64,000 nucleotides of DNA from a virus, in IMG/VR virus record IMGVR_UViG_3300009370_000007, positions 1-64,000 of that record; one strand, given 5' to 3'. Numbering within the stretch: the stretch's first letter is position 1; every line of letters begins with the position of its first letter. Of the stretch, positions 16,181 to 24,915 are shown piece after piece. The translations under genes and the position numbers were made by a program. The notes beneath the pieces were generated by a model that was not told where the DNA came from, ran no database searches, and saw only the letters and a list, made by a program, of their open reading frames with translations.

Positions 16181-16188
16181 TATTTAGT
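16181..16188 (-). promoter_or_regulatory. Late promoter variant (ACTAAATA)
   Basis: TAAATA core immediately upstream of the structured leader. Confidence 0.5.
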
Positions 16189-16192
16189 CATT

Positions 16193-17365
16193 TTAAATCT
16201 TTACTTTGAGAGAAGATTTGGTTGCCCCTATAAAGGAAACAAGAGGGGTTCTTGGAGCAGGAGGCATTTCCTCTTTTATGAAAGTCTTCTTCCCTTCCTT
16301 TGTATTTGTATAATACCCCTTCCTGTAGAAGTCATAAAGAATATTATCCCTTTCCTCATCATGATAAGACCATTTTGATTTATTCTCTGAAGCATAAGTA
16401 ATTCGCAAATTATCCTGATGGTGCGGACCACCCTGTTCTATAGACCAAATATGATCCACATTATATGCGGCGCAAGAACCCCAACACCTTCCTTCGGGGT
16501 GGGGCTCGTTAGACCTTTGACAACCTGCTTCTTTATTCATCTTATTATTAATTTTGTAGATCTCCTTAATAATGTTTTCATCAGCAGGCTCCCATGTATC
16601 AGGAACTTCATTTCCAGCTTTCTTGGCTCGCCTTCTGGCTACAGTTGCATCAGCCTTATCTCTATTTTCTTTTTTCCACTTGCTTCCCTTTTCCTTGCTA
16701 TTGGCAATTCGTTTTTCGCCCAATTCAGGATCTGAGAAATACTCATCTCGATATACTTTGTCTCGCGCTTTGCCATTTTTGTATACGACACCATCAATTT
16801 CCATAGGAGTTTCCCAATACCGCTTCTTTCGCAGAGCCTTGAGCTTTCCATGATTTGCCGGATTATCACGATATGCCTGTGCTGACTTCTTGCTTCTTTC
16901 ACAATGTTCTGCATAGCGTTCCAGGTCATTTTTTTTCATGTCTTCGAGTAGCTCTTTTGCCCTGATGCTGCGTATCTTTTTCTTTGTTTCTTTTTCTTCA
17001 GTAGACATTGCATCCCACTTGGCATCGAGTCCTTTCTTGGTACACTCTCTACATCTTGAAGCTCTTCCTTTATCTGTCTTGGGGCTATTCTTAATAGTAA
17101 ATTTATCAAGAGGTAAAAGCTCCAAACATAATGTACAGTGTTTCATGTCCGCAGGAATGGCTGCCTTGATTTCTCTCATGCAATTTCTATTTTTATTATT
17201 ATACGTCCCGCAATCAATACAAGCTGCAATTCTCCCATCTTGTCTTCGGGAGTCTTTCCAAAATCTATCTAAACGTAATAACTTATTTTTGTTTGGGCAG
17301 CGGTATCCATAAATTTCATATGGGTTTGTACAAAACTTCATGGTCAAAATTTCATAGGGATTCAT
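16193..17365 (-). CDS. HNH endonuclease with N-terminal CxxC zinc-binding repeats
   Basis: CIDC, CTLC and CREC motifs; ARRRAKK; YNVDHIWSIEQGGPHHQDNLRITYASENKSK; probable start MNPYE at 17365. Confidence 0.85.
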   Translation of the reverse strand: MNPYEILTMKFCTNPYEIYGYRCPNKNKLLRLDRFWKDSRRQDGRIAACIDCGTYNNKNRNCMREIKAAIPADMKHCTLCLELLPLDKFTIKNSPKTDKGRASRCRECTKKGLDAKWDAMSTEEKETKKKIRSIRAKELLEDMKKNDLERYAEHCERSKKSAQAYRDNPANHGKLKALRKKRYWETPMEIDGVVYKNGKARDKVYRDEYFSDPELGEKRIANSKEKGSKWKKENRDKADATVARRRAKKAGNEVPDTWEPADENIIKEIYKINNKMNKEAGCQRSNEPHPEGRCWGSCAAYNVDHIWSIEQGGPHHQDNLRITYASENKSKWSYHDEERDNILYDFYRKGYYTNTKEGKKTFIKEEMPPAPRTPLVSFIGATKSSLKVKI

Positions 17366-17452
17366 ATAAATTTTCTTTTTAATAGTCTTTTTTCTAACGA
17401 CATTATTACTATTTGTTATTATAAAAAACGGTTCAAGCGTACTACTCATAAT

Positions 17453-18364
17453 TTACTTTCCTCTCTGCGTAGGATAGGGAAGGTTGACTAACTCTGGTTT
17501 AGTCTCTGCAAATAGTCTCCGCAGATACTTTGTCTGTCCTTTGGACGGCCCCATAATCATTGCATACTTATGCTTCGGTGGACAGATTCTAGAAATGCAG
17601 GTATCCCTGTAGGCTCTTGCTGCATCTCGAATTTTCTTCTCAATCTCATCAGGAACATTCTTCCAATTCACTTTACCCTTGGGGGTTCTCCACTCAGGAA
17701 GAAATTCAATACCCATATCTTTTGCCATGCGTACATAGACACTTCTCATAGTTAGCATACGATCAGAGAACCATCCCTTCTCGGGATGCAATGGATCTTG
17801 CCATTGCTTTGTTGCACCAGAAGATTGTCCCAGATAGGAGAATCCACAGGCTTGATATATTGTACCTAGTTCCTTTGCCTCTGGATCAGAGTATGCAGTA
17901 AAGATACGGAAGTCAGTATTCTTTACCATCCAGCGTATTGACTGCATAATCATCCATGAGCCAATGTTCTTTGGAGCCCATGATATACTCGCTCCCCGTG
18001 CAATGAGTTTTTCGAGATTCTTGTTTTCCATACCCAAGAGATTTTGAAATGCATTCGGTGTTGCCATTACAACTACACAGGCAATCTGCCCATTGGATTT
18101 TAATCGTGCAACAAAACGATGCGTAGGAAATATGGGCATCTTGCCTAGCCATTCATGTCGCTCAATGAATGCCTTGATCTCGGCACACCCTTGCTTGTCT
18201 GTCTTGCGAATAAATGCAAAATCAAAATCAGATGTGCGTAGGGCATCGGCCTGTTTCTGAGTTAACCCAGCAGTAGCCAAATCATCATTGCGATTCACAT
18301 CCTTGATGTGACCCTGCCAACATTTCTTGCCTTTATACTTGGCGAATCTTTCATGCGGATTCAT
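17453..18364 (-). CDS. Mom-like (Mu Mom / GNAT-fold) DNA modification protein
   Basis: FIERHEWLG, PKNIGSWMI..SIR and AYSDP...ELGTIYQACGFSYLG match the Mom-family S/AYxD...GTIYQAxNF/WxYxG signature. Start MNPHE at 18364 overlaps the end of gp46. Confidence 0.7.
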   Translation of the reverse strand: MNPHERFAKYKGKKCWQGHIKDVNRNDDLATAGLTQKQADALRTSDFDFAFIRKTDKQGCAEIKAFIERHEWLGKMPIFPTHRFVARLKSNGQIACVVVMATPNAFQNLLGMENKNLEKLIARGASISWAPKNIGSWMIMQSIRWMVKNTDFRIFTAYSDPEAKELGTIYQACGFSYLGQSSGATKQWQDPLHPEKGWFSDRMLTMRSVYVRMAKDMGIEFLPEWRTPKGKVNWKNVPDEIEKKIRDAARAYRDTCISRICPPKHKYAMIMGPSKGQTKYLRRLFAETKPELVNLPYPTQRGK

Positions 18365-20090
18365 CAATACTCCTATTCTTACTAATCTGTGTAAATCCCT
18401 TGACCTTTTCAAATCGCATAAAGCCACGGAATTTATCTTGCAACACATCCCCCTTGTGGGATATGATGAACACGTTTTGATCTGTTCCCAATGTCCAGAG
18501 AATTTTCATGAATTCATCTGTACCAGAAGAATCTAATGAGCTATCGAATACTTCGTCAAGGATCAACAGATTCGTATTCGTAGAGTTCTTCATCTTTGCT
18601 ACTGCACGCCATGTGAACAATAGCGCAAGATCAATACGCATCTTCTCACCTTCAGAGAATGATGCATATGAGAAGTCATCCCTGAATCGACTCTTAATTG
18701 TCTCGTTGAAGCTCTCGTCTAGTGTGAAGTTAACGAAGAAGTCCATGCTCGCAAGGTACTTATTCACTAACTTATTCATGATCGGAATGTATTGCTTGAT
18801 GATTCGCGTCTTGATTCCTGTATCCTTGAGCAACCCGTATGCAGTATCGTGAATGTGCTTCTTGTTGATAAGGATTTCCTTGTCCCCTTCCAACGAAGTC
18901 TTCTCATTCTCTGCAACCTCTAACTGATGGGCTGCATCATCAATATTGCCCGTGCTAGTTTCAAACTCTTCAATATCTTTATTGAGATTGATAATCAATT
19001 TGTCATTGGCACTACGATCTGACTCCAGCCGTGATACCATATGCTCAATGTCCTGTATCTCTGTCATGGTATTCTCAATAGACTCAAGCCTTGTCTTCAT
19101 TCCTTCAATGTCATAGTTCAGGGCAACCACCGCCTTGACGATCTCATCCTTTTTAATGGACTTCTCTCTGATTATATTTGATTTGAATTCTTCGTGAATT
19201 TCCTGTTCACAGGTAGGACATTCGTTGTGATCCTCGTAGAATTCGATCTCAGAAAACAGCTTTCCTTGACTCTTACTTAGCGTACCCAGTATCCCAGTAG
19301 CTTTTGTGTGTTTTTGCTGAATTTTGGAAAAATCCAAAATTTGGCTCTCCAACGCTTTGATTTCGTTTACCTTTTCGGATGCGTTTTCGGCTAATTCATT
19401 ATTTTGCGTTTTAATTTGTTCTATGGATGTCTTTTTGTCATAGATGCGCTTGGCATTGTCCTGCTTTAGCTGTTGCACATGGTCGCTATGCAGGGCAATC
19501 TTCTCATCGGCAATCTTAATTAAGTTTCCGTTGTCCCGTGTGCTATCCTTGATCTCAGACAGACGTTGCTTCAGGATGACATTCATGGACGAGAAAATCT
19601 CTATGTCCAAAAGATCCTCGATCACATCTCTACGATTTGCAGCAGTCAACTGCATGAAGGGAACAAACGTCGAGCTACCCAGAATTACTACCTGAGTGAA
19701 TGACTTGTAATTGAGCTTGAGAATTTGACGTTCCAATAGTTCTTGGAAGTCTCTGGCATTGGCACTCTGATCGAGCGACTCTCCATTGACCACAATGTCA
19801 AATACTGTAGGCTTGATTCCCCTGCGTACAAGGTATTCATTCTTGCCTATATTAAATTCAATTTCAACTAGTGTACCAGACCCATTGATCGTGTTGACTA
19901 CCTGTGGCTTGTTGATTTTACGAAACGGTTTGCCAAACAATACAAAGGTGAGTGCATCCAGTACGGTACTCTTGCCCGATCCATTTTCACCCACAATAAG
20001 GGTATTGGGTTTTCTGTCTAGCTCTATTTCAAGCCAATTGTTACCTGTTGAAAGAAAGTTCTTCCAACGAATTTTACTAAAGTGAATCAT
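18351..20090 (-). CDS. 46: Recombination endonuclease ATPase subunit (Rad50/SbcC-like)
   Basis: KNFLSTGN, Walker A GENGSGKST, CPTC zinc hook, FSEGEKMRIDLALLFTWR, LILDEVFDSSLD. Confidence 0.97.
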   Translation of the reverse strand: MIHFSKIRWKNFLSTGNNWLEIELDRKPNTLIVGENGSGKSTVLDALTFVLFGKPFRKINKPQVVNTINGSGTLVEIEFNIGKNEYLVRRGIKPTVFDIVVNGESLDQSANARDFQELLERQILKLNYKSFTQVVILGSSTFVPFMQLTAANRRDVIEDLLDIEIFSSMNVILKQRLSEIKDSTRDNGNLIKIADEKIALHSDHVQQLKQDNAKRIYDKKTSIEQIKTQNNELAENASEKVNEIKALESQILDFSKIQQKHTKATGILGTLSKSQGKLFSEIEFYEDHNECPTCEQEIHEEFKSNIIREKSIKKDEIVKAVVALNYDIEGMKTRLESIENTMTEIQDIEHMVSRLESDRSANDKLIINLNKDIEEFETSTGNIDDAAHQLEVAENEKTSLEGDKEILINKKHIHDTAYGLLKDTGIKTRIIKQYIPIMNKLVNKYLASMDFFVNFTLDESFNETIKSRFRDDFSYASFSEGEKMRIDLALLFTWRAVAKMKNSTNTNLLILDEVFDSSLDSSGTDEFMKILWTLGTDQNVFIISHKGDVLQDKFRGFMRFEKVKGFTQISKNRSIDESA

Positions 20091-21160
20091 TCAGTCTCCA
20101 TACTGATTGCTTCAAGGTATAGTCCATGAAGCAATTCATTCAATTCATTCTTCTTGTCATCCTCTACTCCAATGTCATCGACATAGTTTCGTAGAATAGT
20201 CAACGTATCTTCTGCCTGATCTATGTTTATTTCTCCAGTCACATCTATTGCATCAGAAAAATCCTCTACAATAGAAACATGAAACGGATTTGCATTGTAG
20301 AGTTCATCGAGCATTAGATCAAACCAATATGGATTGGTTTTGTTTTGAACAACTACCTTGACGTGGGTATTTTCATAACTCGAAAAATCTTGTTGCACAA
20401 CTTCTTCAGAGGTCTTATTCAAATCATCATAGATAATTTTATGGAACATCTTATACGGATTGATTATATGATCCAAGTCTCTTGTCTCTGTATCAAAGAT
20501 ATGAAACCCTCTGGGGTCTTGGTAGTCTGCCCATGTCATTTCATAGGGAGCCCCAAGGTAGTACACCGTACCATCGTCAGACTTGTGGTGGAAATGTCCT
20601 GACATTGCCATATCAAAACGATTGAATGCAGATGCATCCAGCCCATGCTCGTTAATACCACCAGTCAACATCATGGCAAACCCCTTGACCTCAAGGTGTC
20701 CCAGAATAATCTCTGCATTGGACTCCTCCAACAGTCGCAGCGATTCTTTCCTGTTGCTGTCGTTGATCCAAGGCACCATAAGAACCTTGGTGCCATCGAA
20801 AAGAATCTCTTCGGGTTCTGTGTATATGGATAATGCAGAGTCTCCGTTGAAGAGTTCTGTCATGGAATTGATTTCATTTGTGTTCTTGAAAAACGTATCA
20901 TGGTTTCCGATAATCACATGAAGGTCAATGTTCATATCCAACAATCGTTGCACAAAGTTTGTCTTGAAATTGCGTAGGATCTTGTAGTTAATATACTTCC
21001 GGCGATCAACAATATCACCTAGATGTACTACCGTTGAAATATCATGTTCCTTCAGATATGGAAAGAATATGTTATCATAGAATTTATAGAAATATTCATC
21101 AAACACCTTGGAATCATTTCTGGCTCCAAAATGTGTATCATTAATCAATGCTATTTTCAT
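20087..21160 (-). CDS. 47: Recombination endonuclease nuclease subunit (Mre11/SbcD-like)
   Basis: DTHFG, GDIVDRR, GNHD, GHLE and SGHFH phosphoesterase motifs. Confidence 0.97.
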   Translation of the reverse strand: MKIALINDTHFGARNDSKVFDEYFYKFYDNIFFPYLKEHDISTVVHLGDIVDRRKYINYKILRNFKTNFVQRLLDMNIDLHVIIGNHDTFFKNTNEINSMTELFNGDSALSIYTEPEEILFDGTKVLMVPWINDSNRKESLRLLEESNAEIILGHLEVKGFAMMLTGGINEHGLDASAFNRFDMAMSGHFHHKSDDGTVYYLGAPYEMTWADYQDPRGFHIFDTETRDLDHIINPYKMFHKIIYDDLNKTSEEVVQQDFSSYENTHVKVVVQNKTNPYWFDLMLDELYNANPFHVSIVEDFSDAIDVTGEINIDQAEDTLTILRNYVDDIGVEDDKKNELNELLHGLYLEAISMETE

Positions 21161-21759
21161 GTATTTGCCAGTGCATCAATGATGCCCTTTTTCTTTTTTG
21201 TGGTTGCCTTTTTCTTCTTATTAGTGTCGGCGGCCTTCTTAATATGTTGCGCCTCAAAGGCATCAATAAAATCAGAGATATTTGTTGATGCACCATCAAT
21301 AAAGTTTAACTTTACTTCATGTGCTGACTCAGTATCTCCCTCTTGCAATACCATTAAATCATTGTCCAATCCGGCACGTTCAATAGACTTGTAACGAATA
21401 TACAGTTGCTTCTTTTCCTTTTGGATTCGACGCAGAAATGCATAGTAAATGATCTGCGTGAAATACGCAAAGGGGTTATGCGATTTCTGTGGATCAAAAT
21501 TACTGACGTATTGCAGGCAGTTCTCTACACCATCTGCAATCATCTCATCTCTGAATGTATAGTTGATGAAATTAGGTTTGTACGATAGATGCTCTGCAAT
21601 CTTGACAAAGCATTCCCCAATGTAATTGGGAACCCTCTGTCTGCTCTCGTCGCCCTTTGACTTTGCTTCTGCAATGACTTCTTTAAACTTAATCATCTCT
21701 GCAAGAAACTTCTTGTTATCAACATAATGTATTTTCTTCTCTTCACTTTTCTTACTCAT
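21157..21759 (-). CDS. 55: Late-transcription sigma factor
   Basis: HYVDNKKF, YIGECFVKIAEHLSYKPNFINYT, NPFAYFTQIIYYAFLRRIQKEKKQ. Confidence 0.97.
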   Translation of the reverse strand: MSKKSEEKKIHYVDNKKFLAEMIKFKEVIAEAKSKGDESRQRVPNYIGECFVKIAEHLSYKPNFINYTFRDEMIADGVENCLQYVSNFDPQKSHNPFAYFTQIIYYAFLRRIQKEKKQLYIRYKSIERAGLDNDLMVLQEGDTESAHEVKLNFIDGASTNISDFIDAFEAQHIKKAADTNKKKKATTKKKKGIIDALANT

Positions 21760-21777
21760 TCATCATATTCCTTTCAA

Positions 21778-22254
21778 TTAGTGATAAATTATATCTTTCT
21801 TTTTGCCTTCAACAATTTTCTTTAATCCTTCAACTAAATCCTGTAGGGGATTATCAGACTCTTGCATTTCTCGCTCAAAATCTGGTAATGAAGAACGATC
21901 CATCATATCCAATTCTTCTTTCATGGCACGTTCAACAATCATGGTTACTACTTTTTTATAGTGCCTAATCAGTCGATCTGATGCATTAGTAATAACTAGA
22001 ATTTTATCGCGATCTACGGAAATGTGTATGTCGTCTGTATATGGAATCCATGCTGTCAACATAATTGTATTTGAACCATCACTAGGATTTTCTAGAAAGG
22101 GTGTCATGTCAACAATTTTTAATGGGTCTTCCAGTCTAACTATTGCGGGAGTATCTCCTTCATGGACAACGGAAACCAATTCTGTTCCATCTATTAATTG
22201 AAGATACCTGTATTGAGGCTCATTCAGTTTCTGTTTCTTTTTTCTTGGTGACAT
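21778..22254 (-). CDS. Conserved hypothetical protein (Sm-like) between uvsW and gp55
   Basis: LQLIDGTELVS...L.DPL...W.PY pattern and syntenic position. Confidence 0.7.
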   Translation of the reverse strand: MSPRKKKQKLNEPQYRYLQLIDGTELVSVVHEGDTPAIVRLEDPLKIVDMTPFLENPSDGSNTIMLTAWIPYTDDIHISVDRDKILVITNASDRLIRHYKKVVTMIVERAMKEELDMMDRSSLPDFEREMQESDNPLQDLVEGLKKIVEGKKKDIIYH

Positions 22255-22267
22255 TATTGTAATCCTT

Positions 22268-23734
22268 TTATTTTAAATCTACCTTATAGATTTTTACGTC
22301 AAACTTTTCATCCATGTAGTATTTGTGTCGTTCTAGAAAGTGTTTGGTCGCAAAGTTTTTGTGCGCCTTGTACCCTAGATCATCGACTATATCGTATAGC
22401 GTTGCTTCAGTTTTGTCTTCTCCTGTTCTTAGTCCCCGACCAATACTCTGAAGAGTCCTAATCTTCGATTTACCGGGGTGTGTGAATATGATGTTGTGCA
22501 ACCGTTTGATGTTTACCCCTGTAGAATAGACACCGTTGGATGCAACAATGATCGCATTATTTTCTTCTTCTACAATTGCCCGTACTCGTTCGCGTTGATC
22601 CACATCAGTACCACCATAGACAAAGAATACCTTACGATCTTTGTCAACGGCATTCTTGATGCATTCGTATAATGGCTTGCCGTGCTTTTCTACATACTGA
22701 AACAGGACTAGTGTATTGCCTTTAAGACTCACAGTTAGATTGCGAATAAAGTTTCTTCGTTTCTCATGGGCAACAATAAAGTCTACCTCATCTTGGTAAC
22801 GAGATCGAACCATTCGCTTTCGTTCGTTCTCTGAATAACGCAGAGTCAATGCCTTAATGTGAAAATCGGAAAGCTGCTTTTTTTCAATAAGTTCTCTGGT
22901 AGATGTAACTTGTTTTACTGGCCCAAATAATCCTTCAAGCATAAGCTGATGTACTTCTGTTCCATCTAATGTTCCCGTAGTTCCAATGCGATGTTTGGCA
23001 TTAACTAGTCCAGTCATAATAGTGGACAATGACTTTGCCTTGAATAAATGACATTCATCTCCAATGACAACATCAAATGGATGAAAATATCTTTGGGTTT
23101 GTTTGTATACGGCTTGCCACGTTGAAATTGTGATTGGTTTTTCGGTGAATTTAGTTCTCCCCTCCATGATACAATGAACATTTTTATTGACATCCCATCC
23201 CCCCGCTGCACCATACAAATTAAAATCAGAATAGAGTTGAGACACCAAGGATATTGTTGGGACAATAATTAATATCTTTTTTCCTTCATGGTATCGGGCA
23301 ATAGAGTAAATGATTAGAGACTTACCCGAAGCCGTAGGAGATACAAGCACACATCTACGATTTCTGATGGCATGAATAAATGCCTTCATCTGATAATCTC
23401 TCATGGGAAATGGATACTTCAGCCTATCAATAAATCGTTCGGCATCTTGAGCAGAAAATTCTTTTGCTCGATCAATAGACTTGTCCATATGTAACGTATA
23501 CTGACGTTCCTCTGCAAATTGATCTAGGCGAGATAATAATCCGGCATATAAAGTACGATTCATATGAGAGTACATACGAATCTTTCCATCCCACATTTTA
23601 TTTCTGAACTGGGGCATGAATTGATGACCGGGAACCATAAAGGTGAAATAGTCTGCTATCTCATGTTCAATTCCCGGTTCGGTATCAATGACAATTGAAA
23701 CTTCATTTAACTTTTTTACGTTAATCATACTCAT
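22268..23734 (-). CDS. uvsW: RNA-DNA/DNA helicase UvsW
   Basis: WDGKIR, RDYQ, SPTASGKS, DECH, GTTGT and LQSIGRGLR motifs. Confidence 0.97.
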   Translation of the reverse strand: MSMINVKKLNEVSIVIDTEPGIEHEIADYFTFMVPGHQFMPQFRNKMWDGKIRMYSHMNRTLYAGLLSRLDQFAEERQYTLHMDKSIDRAKEFSAQDAERFIDRLKYPFPMRDYQMKAFIHAIRNRRCVLVSPTASGKSLIIYSIARYHEGKKILIIVPTISLVSQLYSDFNLYGAAGGWDVNKNVHCIMEGRTKFTEKPITISTWQAVYKQTQRYFHPFDVVIGDECHLFKAKSLSTIMTGLVNAKHRIGTTGTLDGTEVHQLMLEGLFGPVKQVTSTRELIEKKQLSDFHIKALTLRYSENERKRMVRSRYQDEVDFIVAHEKRRNFIRNLTVSLKGNTLVLFQYVEKHGKPLYECIKNAVDKDRKVFFVYGGTDVDQRERVRAIVEEENNAIIVASNGVYSTGVNIKRLHNIIFTHPGKSKIRTLQSIGRGLRTGEDKTEATLYDIVDDLGYKAHKNFATKHFLERHKYYMDEKFDVKIYKVDLK

Positions 23735-24177
23735 GCAACATTAATCCCATTAAGAAACTGTTCCCACTTGATTGCATTACCAATATTGAAACTACGGGTA
23801 TTGATGCTCTTATTAATAATTTCTCGAAGACAATCTACCTTTTCTTGCTGTTCTGCAATAATAAGAAGAGCAGAAATAATATCCTTGTCTCCTGCAATAT
23901 ACCGGGGAACATCTTGTTTTAATAGTTTATGCTGGAAAGGTTCCCACCCACGTTCTTCTAGATCATCTTCATCCATCTTGCCGGTGTAGTATTCAAACTT
24001 TTCCTGCTCTAACGTCTGATGATGCAATTTCAACTTCTTTAGTCGAAGGTTTTCTTCTACTAGAATTTTTAAGTATTTGTTATGAAGAACTGGAATATTA
24101 AGGCTCTCGGACGAAAGCTCTGTCTTGTCGAGGCTACAGTCCTTTGACCACTCGCGTTGAATTTCTTCTAATTTCAT
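23731..24177 (-). CDS. uvsY: Recombination mediator UvsY
   Basis: W.KD..LD..EL..ESL.IP.LH.KYL, YYTGK, RSFNI.NAI.W. Confidence 0.93.
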   Translation of the reverse strand: MKLEEIQREWSKDCSLDKTELSSESLNIPVLHNKYLKILVEENLRLKKLKLHHQTLEQEKFEYYTGKMDEDDLEERGWEPFQHKLLKQDVPRYIAGDKDIISALLIIAEQQEKVDCLREIINKSINTRSFNIGNAIKWEQFLNGINVA

Positions 24178-24237
24178 TATAATCCTTTATTTAAAAAAAT
24201 TTAAATAACAATATATGTTCAAAAAATCATGTATGGT

Positions 24238-24265
24238 AGTATAGCACGATCAATTGTGTTGTCAA
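24238..24265 (-). promoter_or_regulatory. Sigma70-type (early/middle) promoter for the uvsY-gp46 operon
   Basis: TTGACA-16 nt-TATACT with TG extended -10 and an A-rich upstream element. Confidence 0.75.
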
Positions 24266-24274
24266 CAGTTTTTT

Positions 24275-24811
24275 TCAAATTTTCTCGTAATTATAATGAG
24301 TAAATTTAAATGTGGCATCTGCTGTAATATAATCAACATCTCCCTGGATGGTTGAAAAATTAAGAGCAGACAGAGAGGTGGGAAATAGCTCTTTAAATAT
24401 AAATTGATGATTTGCCCTCATATTACTATTCAATATAATCAATGTGGCATCAGAGTATATGCTTTCGCGACTGCCCTTCGACGCCTGGGTTGCTGGAGAT
24501 TCTGTTAGGGCTTTGTATTGAGAATAGGTTTCTGGTGCAGACAGTCCTGCCATCCAGTTGTATATTTCAATCCAATTTCTTAAATCCTCGTCTACAATAA
24601 AAGTTATATTCAATGGTTCGTATACAAGATTGTCTCCGGGTACATGGGTATCCAATAATGGACTTGGTGTTAATACTTCGGCAAGGCTTATTCCTGGGAG
24701 AACTGCTGCCTGTACAAACCAATTTACATTTGGAAGATTTTGTACTATAAATTTAAACCCAACAGGAGAGAGATAGTTCTCATTGTCAGGATGTCGGAAC
24801 TCTTTTGCCAT
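24275..24811 (-). CDS. 3: Tail tube terminator / tail completion protein
   Basis: NYLSPVGFKF, LPGISL, PGD.L.Y..L.ITFIVDEDL.NW.EIYNW, FPTSLS. Confidence 0.9.
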   Translation of the reverse strand: MAKEFRHPDNENYLSPVGFKFIVQNLPNVNWFVQAAVLPGISLAEVLTPSPLLDTHVPGDNLVYEPLNITFIVDEDLRNWIEIYNWMAGLSAPETYSQYKALTESPATQASKGSRESIYSDATLIILNSNMRANHQFIFKELFPTSLSALNFSTIQGDVDYITADATFKFTHYNYEKI

Positions 24812-24855
24812 GTGAAAGAACCTCTTGCTATTCTTTATTATTTAGGCATAACAAG

Positions 24856-24883
24856 AAAAAAGGGGGGAACCGAAGTCCCCCCC
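24856..24883 (-). terminator. Rho-independent terminator after gp23
   Basis: GGGGGGAC-TTCG-GTTCCCCCC followed by TTTTTT. Confidence 0.9.
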
Positions 24884-24915
24884 TAATTTTTATGGGTAAC
24901 AAAAATATCTACTAC

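Noticed and set aside
24812-24915. Absence of gp24 (vertex protein) after gp23
   Set aside because: The gp23-gp3-uvsY-uvsW order without gp24 is usual for marine T4-like phages, so it is not novel.
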